Origin: Candidatus Eiseniibacteriota bacterium | Lineage (GTDB): Bacteria; Arandabacterota; Arandabacteria; Arandabacterales; Arandabacteraceae | Assembly (NCBI GenBank): GCA_043810925.1 | Contig: JBDRNT010000036.1 | Coordinates: forward strand, 22,002 to 86,001 | Direction: 5' to 3' | DNA length: 64,000 bases | In this document: in pieces, positions 9,464-18,366 of the stretch | How positions within the stretch are numbered: the first letter of the stretch is position 1 | Layout: every line of letters starts with the position of its first letter | Position numbers and translations under genes: made by a program | The notes under the pieces: generated by a model | What the model saw: only the letters and a program-made list of their open reading frames with translations | Database searches by the model: none | Told to the model about the DNA's origin: nothing

Positions 9464-10423
9464 TTATCTCAGGGTTTTCACGACTTTGCGGACATATAGT
9501 CCATAAGCGGTCCTGGCGGCAACCATGTACACACCCGGCGCCACAGGCCGCCCCTGGCTGTCATTCCCATCCCATACGATGCTGGCGCCGTCGCCTCCGG
9601 AGGGCCTGATCATACGCACGGTCCTGCCTAGCACATCAATGACCGCCGCTTCAGTTAGACTCTTATCCTGATCGGAGCCCGCCCATTTCAAGACCATGCT
9701 GGATTCAAATGGATTGGGATAGGCTGCCAACCGGCCCTCGCCCGTCTGCCGGTCAACAAGCGAAAGGAAGAAGTCTTTGAGTCCCTCTACGTCATCGGGC
9801 GGTATGATGTCATGGTTTTCTACCTCGCCGCCACAGCGAGCCATCTCTCCCCCGAAGAGCACTCTGAAGTCCTCCGCAAAGATCTCGTGCAGGTGTGACG
9901 CGTGAGGCTGTGGCGAGGCAGGATCCGCATATTCCACCATTCTGAGATCGGCGTATGCCCTCCACAGCTCCTCACAATGGTCAGGCATGAGCAGATGGTG
10001 CACGACATGACCGATTTCGTGAGCCACGGTGTAATGCACGTGCTCCTCAGGGTACGGTATTCTACCGGGAGAAAGGAAGACCACATCACCCTCGGCAGAG
10101 GAGTTCGGAAGCGCCAGTCTGGGTGCGGGCAGGACAAGAACGTGCATCTCCATTGATTCCATTGGAAAGGTCACGGCTCTCACAGCATCGGTGACCTGTT
10201 CAACCGGCATCGGGTGATAGTCTTCCCAGTTTCCGAGCATGACCCATTCGCGTGATCCGGGGAACGTTATGCGGGTGAGATCACCGCTGCTTGAGCAGAA
10301 GTCGAGGACCTCGCCGGGCCCGTATATATGTATACTGCCCACCTCCAGCCCGGCTGTTGCAACCCGGGACAGCAAGACTGCCAGGCATAGAGTCTGGATC
10401 AGGCATCCGGTGAGTCTTCTCAT
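9464..10423 (-). CDS. Secreted zincin-like protein with C-terminal FlgD-Ig/T9SS-like domain
   Basis: ATG at 10423 with GAGGTG RBS; signal peptide; HEIGH and HEIFAEDF; YPNPF...WDG...PGVY tail. Confidence 0.7.
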   Translation of the reverse strand: MRRLTGCLIQTLCLAVLLSRVATAGLEVGSIHIYGPGEVLDFCSSSGDLTRITFPGSREWVMLGNWEDYHPMPVEQVTDAVRAVTFPMESMEMHVLVLPAPRLALPNSSAEGDVVFLSPGRIPYPEEHVHYTVAHEIGHVVHHLLMPDHCEELWRAYADLRMVEYADPASPQPHASHLHEIFAEDFRVLFGGEMARCGGEVENHDIIPPDDVEGLKDFFLSLVDRQTGEGRLAAYPNPFESSMVLKWAGSDQDKSLTEAAVIDVLGRTVRMIRPSGGDGASIVWDGNDSQGRPVAPGVYMVAARTAYGLYVRKVVKTLR

Positions 10424-10447
10424 GCTGTCTACACACCTCACACAAAT

Positions 10448-10550
10448 AGAAAAAGGCTGCCGATAATCCCGAGCGATCTTCGGCAGCCCGGTTATTCCCT
10501 TGAATACCAAGGCTTTGCGGGGATCCCCACCCTTTCGGTATCGCCCCTCA
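10448..10550 (-). ncRNA. Degenerate c-di-GMP-I (GEMM)-like riboswitch with overlapping intrinsic terminator
   Basis: GGCGATACC-GAAA-GGGTGGGGATCCCCGCAAAGCC...AACCGGGCTGCCGA, then GGCTGCCGA/TCGGCAGCC hairpin plus TTTTT before the RBS. Confidence 0.5.
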
Positions 10551-10594
10551 AACCTCCCGTACAGCCCCATCTCATACTACTATTTTGTACTACT

Positions 10595-10624
10595 AGTGTA
10601 TCACGTTTAGGGGGGTCAGGTCAA
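10595..10624 (-). promoter_or_regulatory. sigma70-type promoter driving the riboswitch leader
   Basis: TTGACC-N18-TACACT with TG extended -10. Confidence 0.5.
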
Positions 10625-10636
10625 CCGATTTGATAC

Positions 10637-10662
10637 GTCGCGGCAGACTCGTCTGCCGCGAC
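10637..10662. terminator. Perfect 12-bp inverted repeat ending the fliA operon
   Basis: GTCGCGGCAGAC-TC-GTCTGCCGCGAC. Confidence 0.6.
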
Positions 10663-10692
10663 ATTCAGGCACAACCGGCAGTGCCGGGAGTG

Positions 10693-10866
10693 CTACCGTT
10701 GGGTGTGGTGGGCCAGGCTGCGTAGCAGGCTTTCAGCCAGGTCCAGCAGAATGTGAGAGTTGTGTACGAGGATCCCTTCTTTCCTCAGGAGTCTGCAGAT
10801 CAGCCGCCCCCTGTGGAGATCCAGAGTGTCCTGTCTTATTTGCTTTGCGGAATTAGACCGTTGCAT
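10693..10866 (-). CDS. Putative 57-aa protein, last gene of the fliA operon
   Basis: ATG overlaps the upstream gene by 14 nt, purine-rich RBS, ends before the terminator; MQRSNSAKQIRQDTLDLHRGRLICRLLRKEGILVHNSHILLDLAESLLRSLAHHTQR. Confidence 0.45.
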   Translation of the reverse strand: MQRSNSAKQIRQDTLDLHRGRLICRLLRKEGILVHNSHILLDLAESLLRSLAHHTQR

Positions 10867-11659
10867 CGATTCTCTCTTCCTTGAGACCTATCATCTTGAC
10901 CCCGTCGACATATTCCTCAGGCGCTGCCTGCCTGAGGGACTTCAGTCTTGCCACTACCGCCTCGACCTCGTTGCACTCGGCATCCACCTTATCCAGACTG
11001 CCGGCGATCTCGGGATCGAGATTGGCTGAGTTCCTCATGACGTGCACAGCGGCCTTTATGCCTGCGATACTGTTGTTGATGCTGTGGTTGATGCTCACGA
11101 CCACCTGGCCGATCGCGGCAAGCCGTTCGACCTTAACCAGATCTTCCTGAGTCTGACTGAGAAGGTCGTTCAGGTGCTCGAGCTCCTGGACCTTATTCTG
11201 CAGTGCTTCATTGGCACCGGTCAGCTCAAAGATCAGCCGTTCGTTCTCGAGACTGAGCGATCTCTTCTCGAGGGCTTTTTCCACGTGGGCCATGATCTGG
11301 GTCGAGGTCAGAGGCTTCGTCAGATACGAGACAGCACCTCTGTGCATGGCCTCCGCAGCCGATTTGACGGAAGCATAGCCGGTGATCATTATGAACTGGG
11401 TCAGTGGAAAGACTTTCTTAACACGGGCCAGGAGCTCGATCCCGGTGACCTCAGGCATCTCCAGGTCGGTGATCACGATATCATACTCCTGTGATGTCGA
11501 AGCAAGAAGTGCATCCTTTGAGACCGTAAAAAGATCCGAAGAGTAATCCGATTGCTTGAGAACCTCGCCCAACAGTTCGACAATGTCCTCGTTATCATCA
11601 ACGACGGCGATCCTGATAATCTTCTTCTCTGCTCTTCCGGCTTCCTTATTGCGTTCCAT
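10853..11659 (-). CDS. Receiver plus HisKA-like protein lacking HATPase
   Basis: VVDD...TDLEMP...KP receiver; ERLAAIGQVVVSINHSINN H-box-like region; no G-boxes. Confidence 0.8.
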   Translation of the reverse strand: MERNKEAGRAEKKIIRIAVVDDNEDIVELLGEVLKQSDYSSDLFTVSKDALLASTSQEYDIVITDLEMPEVTGIELLARVKKVFPLTQFIMITGYASVKSAAEAMHRGAVSYLTKPLTSTQIMAHVEKALEKRSLSLENERLIFELTGANEALQNKVQELEHLNDLLSQTQEDLVKVERLAAIGQVVVSINHSINNSIAGIKAAVHVMRNSANLDPEIAGSLDKVDAECNEVEAVVARLKSLRQAAPEEYVDGVKMIGLKEERIDATV

Positions 11660-12869
11660 GGTCTCCCCCATTTCGCCGTGGTAGCCACACCTGGAAGGTG
11701 CTCCCGCTCCCCGGTTCACTTCTGACCTCTATACTCCCGCCGTGGGCTTCGACTATCGCTTTCGCCACCGGCAGGCCAAGTCCAGCCCCGCGAAACCGGC
11801 GCGTGTGGGTCATATCGACCTGTGTGAAGGAGTCGAATATGCCCACCACCTTCTCATTTGCTATCCCGATCCCGCTGTCCAGAACAGATATCCGTACCCC
11901 GGCCGGGTCAGCGGTCCCGGATACGCCAACTTCGACATGCCCGGAGTCCAGGTTGAACTTTATGGCATTCTCCAGCAGGTTGGTAACCGCGACTCCCAGC
12001 TTCTCAGCGTCCCCCACGATCTTCTCCGTCTTCGCCGGTTTGAAATGAATGTCGACGTCTTTGGTTCGTGAGAGAGTGTCAAGTCGGGCGATCGAATCGT
12101 CGATGACCCGGTCTATATCAACCTCATCCTCAGCCACAAGCAGGCCTCCCGTATTGGCCTCCGTCATGAGAAGAAGGTTGAGTATCAGCATGTCAAGGCG
12201 GCCCAGGTTGTCCTTCATGGCCTTGAGCCACGTTTTCTCAGTATCGCCGCTGGCTCCACCATCCGACGCTGCCTTTGTAAGCATGGTCAGGTAGCCCTTG
12301 AGCGACATCAGCGGCGTGCGGAACTCGTGCGAGACCGTGCTGACGATGTTTGACTTTATCTGGTCTATCTCTATGAGTTTCTTCGTCAGATGTGAGAGCT
12401 CTATGTTCTCCCTCGCAAGCCGTCTCCTCTCCAGCCCATGCCTGACAGTGTTTTCCAGCTCATACAACGAGAAGGGCTTGACCACATAGTCGTATGCTCC
12501 CTTCTTCATCGCATCAACGGCTGACTGCACGCTGGCATAGCCGGTCATTATGATGAAGACGGTATCGGGGTCCGAATCGATCACCTGCTCGAGAAGCTCA
12601 ACCCCGTTCATGTCCGGCAACCTCAAGTCGCTGATCACAACGGTGAACTTGTGTTCGTGGATAAGGCCCAGGGCTTGACGCGAGTTGACGGCCGTCTGCA
12701 CGTCATATCCGTGTGCGGACAGGAACTCGGATAGCGCATCGACCACGCTCTCCTCATCATCAATCACCAGCACCTTCTCTTTATCGAGGGCCGCTCCATC
12801 CGCCGATGGCAGTCTTTTCTCGAGCACGGCTGTTGATGAGTCGTATTTCGATTGCTTCTTCTCAGTCAC
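11646..12869 (-). CDS. Hybrid REC-HisKA-HATPase histidine kinase
   Basis: Receiver; SHEFRTP; NLLENAIKF; DSGIG; GAGLGL. Confidence 0.9.
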   Translation of the reverse strand: MTEKKQSKYDSSTAVLEKRLPSADGAALDKEKVLVIDDEESVVDALSEFLSAHGYDVQTAVNSRQALGLIHEHKFTVVISDLRLPDMNGVELLEQVIDSDPDTVFIIMTGYASVQSAVDAMKKGAYDYVVKPFSLYELENTVRHGLERRRLARENIELSHLTKKLIEIDQIKSNIVSTVSHEFRTPLMSLKGYLTMLTKAASDGGASGDTEKTWLKAMKDNLGRLDMLILNLLLMTEANTGGLLVAEDEVDIDRVIDDSIARLDTLSRTKDVDIHFKPAKTEKIVGDAEKLGVAVTNLLENAIKFNLDSGHVEVGVSGTADPAGVRISVLDSGIGIANEKVVGIFDSFTQVDMTHTRRFRGAGLGLPVAKAIVEAHGGSIEVRSEPGSGSTFQVWLPRRNGGDHGTQ

Positions 12870-12887
12870 GTTCCTATCCTCCGCAAA

Positions 12888-13772
12888 TCAGCGGGTGGTG
12901 GCCAACTCGCGGGTGAATATGTCATCCGCGACAGCCGCAGGTGAGTCCGGCTCCATCGACGACTTCTCAGTAACCGCCGTAAGCAGTGAGTCCTCAACAG
13001 GTCTCAGCCGGCCCTTAAGCCTGAGCATAGCTTTGGTGTGTATCTGTGATACCCTGGACTCGGAGACTCCCAGGGTTCTTCCGATTTCTTTGAGCGTCAT
13101 GTCTTCATAGTAATAGAGAGCAACTACCGTTCTCTCCTTATCGGGCAGGTTCATGATCGCCGTGGCCAGAATGTTCTTCATCTCTTCGGTCTCAAGCGGC
13201 ACCGACGGGCCCGCATCGCTCTTGGAACAGACAAGGTCGATCACGCGGGTGGTGCGGTCACCGTCCTGGTTGCCGACGAAATCGTCAAGCGACAGCAACC
13301 CGGCGGAAGCCACCTCTTCGACGATCGTCTGGAACTCGCTCAAGGACATATTGAGTTTCCTTGAGGCTTCCTCATCACTTGCGGCCCTGCCGAGCTCGTT
13401 TTCAAGCTGGCTGTATGCTTCCTCGACCATCCTTGCTTTCCGGCGGACAGACCGTGGCACCCAGTCCAGAGATCTGAGGTCATCGACGATTGCACCCCTT
13501 ATCCTCGCAACGGCATAGGTCTCGAACTTCGTGTCCCTGCCGGGATCATACTTGCCTATCGCATCTATAAGACCAACCACCCCCGCACTCACAAGATCGT
13601 CGATCTCTACCGACGGAGGTACCGACATGGCCATCTTGCCCGCCACGTACCTGACCAGGTAGAGGTAGTTCTGTATGAGTGTCTCTCTCACCTGTGCTGA
13701 CTGGCCTTTGCTGTAGGCTCGCCAGAGTTCCTGCAGTTCCTCAGGTGTGCAACCCACGCATGTCCTGTTCAT
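12888..13772 (-). CDS. fliA: FliA/WhiG family sigma28 factor
   Basis: DDLVSAG, KFETYA, RIRGAIVDDLRSLDWVPRSVR, YYYEDMTLKEIG, VSESRVSQIH. Confidence 0.92.
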   Translation of the reverse strand: MNRTCVGCTPEELQELWRAYSKGQSAQVRETLIQNYLYLVRYVAGKMAMSVPPSVEIDDLVSAGVVGLIDAIGKYDPGRDTKFETYAVARIRGAIVDDLRSLDWVPRSVRRKARMVEEAYSQLENELGRAASDEEASRKLNMSLSEFQTIVEEVASAGLLSLDDFVGNQDGDRTTRVIDLVCSKSDAGPSVPLETEEMKNILATAIMNLPDKERTVVALYYYEDMTLKEIGRTLGVSESRVSQIHTKAMLRLKGRLRPVEDSLLTAVTEKSSMEPDSPAAVADDIFTRELATTR

Positions 13773-13832
13773 CTTTTCACCATCCTTGCTGTAGCCGAGT
13801 GGGCCAAACTCTGCAGACCGACAATGACCAAC

Positions 13833-13848
13833 TGCAACCTCTGTGCCC
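13833..13848 (-). promoter_or_regulatory. sigma54 promoter upstream of fliA
   Basis: GGGCAC-AGAGG-TTGCA (GG-N10-GC), about 60 nt upstream of the start. Confidence 0.6.
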
Positions 13849-14220
13849 GCCACAGAATTACTCAGAATTTCGTGGATCGCAGATTATATGATGTATTGAC
13901 AAAGGGTTACACGACCACAACAAGACAAAACGGTAGGCGCACGGGTCTATCATGGTGCTTTTCATGCGCGAGGCCGATAACTGTAATGATTCTAAGAGGT
14001 TATGGTGCTCCGTGGCCCTGAGGCGTGAACACTGAGTGGTAGATTCCTAACCACATAGATCGGTCAGGAGAGGCAGGATGGCGTCATTAGCTTAGGTCTA
14101 ACGCCAAGGGTCAAAGCGATGGACTGCAGGATGTGAAAAGGTCAAACAGAGTTACAAAGAGTCAAATCGAAGGTCAAATACAGCGAGGAGATACCGAGTG
14201 GCAAATAACTGGCCGACTGG

Positions 14221-15615
14221 CTAATCTTCACCCAGTTCAGCCGGCTTCAGTTTGTTCCTCAGCGTCTGCCTGGAGATTCCAAGCACACGTGCCGCTTTGC
14301 TCTTGTTCCCATCCGCCCAATCGAGGGCCGTCATTATGGCCCTGTGCTCTGCCTCCTTCAGGCTGATCGGCACGTGGCCGCCCCGGCTTGAGATCAAACC
14401 GGACCCATCCGGTTCCCTTCCTTCCATGATGTCTCGCGGAAGATGCTCCGGCAGGATCAGATCGGTGCTTTCAAGCAGTATCGCTCGCTCTATGACGTTG
14501 CGCAGCTCCCTGACGTTGCCCGGCCAATCATAGTCCACCAGGATCTCGCGCGTCTCTCGCGACAGTCCGCGAACGGACTTCGCCAGTTCCACGTTGAAGT
14601 AGTCTGTGAAATAGAGAGCAAGTATGGGGATATCGCTTTTCCGCTCCCTCAAGGCCGGTACATAGATCGGGATCACCATCAACCGGAAATAGAGATCGTC
14701 GCGGAACCTCCCGTGCCGCATCGCAGCACGCAGATCACGATTCGTCGCGGCTATTATCCTTGTCTTGACCTCAATGTCCTTGACACCGCCTATCCGCCTG
14801 AATCTCTTTGTCTCGATGAGCCTCAGTACCTTGGTCTGGAGATTCGGAGGCATCTCCCCCACTTCATCGAGGAACAGTGAACCACCCTCGGCAAGGTCCA
14901 CGAGGCCTTTCTTCCCGGTCTTGGCATCCGTGAACGCCCCCTTCTCATAGCCGAAGAGCTCGCTCTCAAGAAGATTCTCCGGTACCGTGGCGCAGTTGAT
15001 TTCCATAAAGGGTTTGTCTCTGCCGCTCCCCTGGAAATGAATTGCTTTGGCTACAAGCTCCTTACCCGTGCCGCTTTCGCCCTGTATGAGTACTGTAGAT
15101 GCCTTGCTCGTTGCAACCTTCTCGATCACCTCGGCGATCTTCTGCATGAGCTCGCTCTTACCGAGCACGAAGGTGTCGGAACGGCGGTAGCCTACGATGA
15201 TCTGTCTTACTGATGCGGCTTCACGCTTCAGCCGGGCCCCGTCAAGCGCCCGGTCGACGATATCGAGTATCCTGTCGATCTCAACCGGTTTTGCGACATA
15301 CTGAGAGGCTCCCAGTCTGGCTGCCTCAAAGGCCATCTCAATCTCAACCTGGCCCGCGACGAGTACGATTGCCGCATCCCTGTTCGCACGCCGGCATGAT
15401 TTGAGGAAATCCACATGGTCCGTCTCAACCTGGTCGGTATCGGCAATGAGGACATCGCACGCAAGACGGCCCAGGAGACCCAGAGCCTCATCAGGTGAGG
15501 ACAACTCGGATACTGTGTGACCGGCACCCTGAAGCGCCCTGGTTATTTGTGACCTTGTGGTGCCGTCCTGGCCCAGAACAGCTATCTCAAACCCGCGGCT
15601 GTCTTTCTCAGCCAT
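14221..15615 (-). CDS. sigma54-dependent enhancer-binding protein (REC-AAA+-HTH)
   Basis: GESGTGKE, ESELFG, GAFTDA, LDEVGE, WPGNVREL, Fis-type HTH; receiver atypical; start could be up to 66 nt earlier. Confidence 0.9.
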   Translation of the reverse strand: MAEKDSRGFEIAVLGQDGTTRSQITRALQGAGHTVSELSSPDEALGLLGRLACDVLIADTDQVETDHVDFLKSCRRANRDAAIVLVAGQVEIEMAFEAARLGASQYVAKPVEIDRILDIVDRALDGARLKREAASVRQIIVGYRRSDTFVLGKSELMQKIAEVIEKVATSKASTVLIQGESGTGKELVAKAIHFQGSGRDKPFMEINCATVPENLLESELFGYEKGAFTDAKTGKKGLVDLAEGGSLFLDEVGEMPPNLQTKVLRLIETKRFRRIGGVKDIEVKTRIIAATNRDLRAAMRHGRFRDDLYFRLMVIPIYVPALRERKSDIPILALYFTDYFNVELAKSVRGLSRETREILVDYDWPGNVRELRNVIERAILLESTDLILPEHLPRDIMEGREPDGSGLISSRGGHVPISLKEAEHRAIMTALDWADGNKSKAARVLGISRQTLRNKLKPAELGED

Positions 15616-15684
15616 AATTACCCCTGCGTCAATTTGTAGGTCATCTGGGGTCATAGTATTGAGAATGCCCTGGGAAGTCAACTA

Positions 15685-15921
15685 TCAAGAAGAGATGTTC
15701 TTGTATGCGACTTCTGAGATGAGGCGGGAGGCAATACCGCCGACTACACGCTCGGAATCGTAGTAGCCGCTGCATATCCTGATCCTCGCGGCGAACACCT
15801 TTCTGTCTCTTATTGTGTCGCTCTGCTCGCTGATCTCTTTTGCCATCTGTACACACTGGGATCTGATCTCAGCAGGCAGGTCCTTCACGATCCTCTTATT
15901 ATCTTTTCTATTCAAGGTCAT
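15685..15921 (-). CDS. FlgM-like anti-sigma28 factor (putative)
   Basis: [32 protein letters not shown] resembles the FlgM C-terminal sigma28-binding pattern; follows csrA and lies near fliA. Confidence 0.55.
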   Translation of the reverse strand: MTLNRKDNKRIVKDLPAEIRSQCVQMAKEISEQSDTIRDRKVFAARIRICSGYYDSERVVGGIASRLISEVAYKNISS

Positions 15922-16162
15922 CAGGCCCCCCATCCTTCGGGACTCCACGGCCGGACTTCAATCTGTCCTTGCGTGGCGTCTTGGGAACCACCCGTCCGTT
16001 CTCCCTGACTATTGCTTCGTACACCTCTCTCCGGTGAACGGGCACGTCCTTGGGAGCATTAATGCCCAGCTGCACCTGTTCACCCCTTATATCAACAATC
16101 ACAACTTCTATGTTGTCACCTATCATTATTCGTTCGTTGCGCTTCCGTGTAAGAATCAACAA
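15908..16162 (-). CDS. csrA: Carbon storage regulator CsrA
   Basis: MLILTRK..E.I.IGD.I.V......GI.AP..V.VHR.EVY pattern. Confidence 0.95.
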   Translation of the reverse strand: MLILTRKRNERIMIGDNIEVVIVDIRGEQVQLGINAPKDVPVHRREVYEAIVRENGRVVPKTPRKDRLKSGRGVPKDGGPDDLE

Positions 16163-16178
16163 CTCACTAGCCTCCTGC

Positions 16179-16541
16179 TCAGGAAGCAGACGGACTCAAT
16201 ACAGGGATCTCGAGTTCAGCCAGCACATCCTCTACTGCATCACGGATTCTGAAGTATTTCGCCAGCCGGGTGATTCTGAGCATCTTGCCCGCTCTCGAAT
16301 CCACACCGACGAGCCATATCGTACCGCCTGCAGATGTGATCGACTTGGCATTCCCCACCAGCGTGCCCAGACCAGAACTATCCACCCTGGCAACCGCTTT
16401 GAGATCAAGCACGATATTCTTCGAGCCGTCGGCTATAAGCGACTGAATCGCTTCCCCGACAGCGCTGGCAGTATAGACGTCGATTGTGCCGTCTATCTCC
16501 ACGATCGTGGAAGAGCCTCTCTGCGCGGTCGATATCTTCAG
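16179..16541 (-). CDS. STAS-domain anti-sigma-factor antagonist
   Basis: [22 protein letters not shown] phospho-Ser motif; full first strand needs a CTG start at 16541 (ORF track starts at 16502). Confidence 0.85.
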   Translation of the reverse strand: MKISTAQRGSSTIVEIDGTIDVYTASAVGEAIQSLIADGSKNIVLDLKAVARVDSSGLGTLVGNAKSITSAGGTIWLVGVDSRAGKMLRITRLAKYFRIRDAVEDVLAELEIPVLSPSAS

Positions 16542-16588
16542 AGTCCTTCACCCCCTCCTGACACTGTCTCCGTCCCGTTCATTTATAG

Positions 16589-16616
16589 TTATCGGCAGCC
16601 AGGCGACTTCACTGAA
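16589..16616 (-). promoter_or_regulatory. sigma28 promoter for STAS-csrA-flgM-like operon
   Basis: TTCA-N16-GCCGATAA (perfect -10). Confidence 0.6.
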
Positions 16617-16617
16617 A

Positions 16618-18366
16618 CTACTTTTTCATGCTCGCTACAGCTTGCATAGAATAGATGTCATCTTCAAGTACAGTCCTCGTGACCCGCATGACTTCTTCCA
16701 GGCTCGTGATGCCCGCCGCGACCTTATCGACGCCGTCCTCGAACATCGTCCGGTAGCCCGTGTCTCGGGCCTTTTCGACGAGATCCTGCATGGGAGCACG
16801 TGAAACGATCAAGCGCTTCATCTTATCGTTCATGACAACGAGCTCGTAGAGTCCGGTCCGTCCCTTGTATCCCGTGCCCTCGCATGCGTCGCACCCGACT
16901 GCGTGTAAGGGGGCTTCGATCTTCCTGACCTGGCCGGTCTCGGGAATGAAGATGTCGACCGGCGGACTCTGGGTTGCGCACTCACGGCATACCTTCCGCA
17001 CAAGCCTCTGGGCAAGCATCGCGCCAACCGATGAAGCGACGAGGAACGGTTCTATCCCCATATCTATGAGTCTTACGACGCTTGAGATCGCATCGTTCGT
17101 GTGAACGGTCGTGAACACGAGGTGCCCGGTGAGCGCGGCCTGAATGGCTATCTCGGCCGTCTCAGCATCTCGGGTCTCACCCACCATGATGATATCAGGA
17201 TCCTGTCTGAGTAAGGACCTGAGCCCGCTGGCGAACGTGAACCCTGCGACAGGGTTGGTGTGACCCTGGTTTATGCCGGGGATCTGACTCTCCACGGGGT
17301 CTTCGAGCGTGACGATGTTTTTCTCGGTGTCATTCACCTTGTTGAGAGCGGCATAGAGGGTTGTGGTCTTGCCGCTGCCTGTCGGCCCGGTCACGAGCAC
17401 TATTCCGTGTGTCAGCCCGACAACCTGACCGAACTGGCGCAGGATGTCCTCGTTCATTCCCAGTTCCTCAAGCGCAATCGTCGTAGCGCTTCGCTCAAGG
17501 ATTCTCATGACCACTTTCTCACCGTGGACAGTCGGGAACGTGGAAACACGAAGGTCGATCTTCCTGCCGGCAACACGCACCGTGAAACGGCCGTCCTGCG
17601 GTATGCGCCGTTCTGCGATGTTGATCCTTGCAAGGATCTTGAGTCTGGAAACCACGGCTGCCTTGAGCATCCTGGGTATCACCAGCTCCTCGTGGAGAAC
17701 GCCGTCCACACGGTACCTTATACTGAGCGATGTGTCACCCGGTTCGACATGGATATCACTGGCCCCTTTGCCTATGGCCCGTTCGATTATAAGATTGGTG
17801 ATCTTGACAACCGGGGCTTCCTGGCTGAGCCTCTCGCCGTCGATCTGGTCGTTTTCCTCGGCCTCCTCCGCGGCATCCAACTCGCCGGTCGGAAGGTCCT
17901 CGAGTTCCTCGATCACGTTATCATCCTGGCCGTAGTACATGTCTATTGCGGCACGTATTTCCTCAGGTCTGGCAATAACCGGTTCGACTTCACAACCTGT
18001 CACAAAGCGTATTTCCTTTAGGGTCTCGGAATCGGTTGGATCCGCCATCGCGACCGTGATCGTCTTCTCAACCCTGAAGAGGGGAATCGCCGTTAGATCT
18101 CGTGCCATCGGCTCGGTTACCAGCCTGACAACTTCAGGATCGATCACGGTAGTGCCCAGGCTGATGAATGGGATCTTGAGTTGTTTGGCAAGCGCCTTTA
18201 CTATCTGTTCCTCGGTGGCAAAACCCTCATCAACGGCCACCTGTCCCAGACGCTTCCCCGTCCCCAGCTGTTTTGAAAGAAGCGTTTCGAGATCTTCAGC
18301 ACTGATTATGCCCGCTTCGATCAGCAACCCACCCAGTTTGTTCTTCAAGAGTCCTTTTTCGTTCAT
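16618..18366 (-). CDS. GspE/PilB family secretion ATPase with MshEN c-di-GMP-binding domain
   Basis: Tandem (K/R)LGxx motifs; ASDIHVEP, GPTGSGKTT, LRQDPD, TGHL, CxxC zinc pairs. Confidence 0.9.
   Translation of the reverse strand: MNEKGLLKNKLGGLLIEAGIISAEDLETLLSKQLGTGKRLGQVAVDEGFATEEQIVKALAKQLKIPFISLGTTVIDPEVVRLVTEPMARDLTAIPLFRVEKTITVAMADPTDSETLKEIRFVTGCEVEPVIARPEEIRAAIDMYYGQDDNVIEELEDLPTGELDAAEEAEENDQIDGERLSQEAPVVKITNLIIERAIGKGASDIHVEPGDTSLSIRYRVDGVLHEELVIPRMLKAAVVSRLKILARINIAERRIPQDGRFTVRVAGRKIDLRVSTFPTVHGEKVVMRILERSATTIALEELGMNEDILRQFGQVVGLTHGIVLVTGPTGSGKTTTLYAALNKVNDTEKNIVTLEDPVESQIPGINQGHTNPVAGFTFASGLRSLLRQDPDIIMVGETRDAETAEIAIQAALTGHLVFTTVHTNDAISSVVRLIDMGIEPFLVASSVGAMLAQRLVRKVCRECATQSPPVDIFIPETGQVRKIEAPLHAVGCDACEGTGYKGRTGLYELVVMNDKMKRLIVSRAPMQDLVEKARDTGYRTMFEDGVDKVAAGITSLEEVMRVTRTVLEDDIYSMQAVASMKK

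Noticed and set aside
10611-10620. GGGGGTCAGG as another REP copy
   Set aside because: No partner arm; better explained as part of the minus-strand sigma70 promoter
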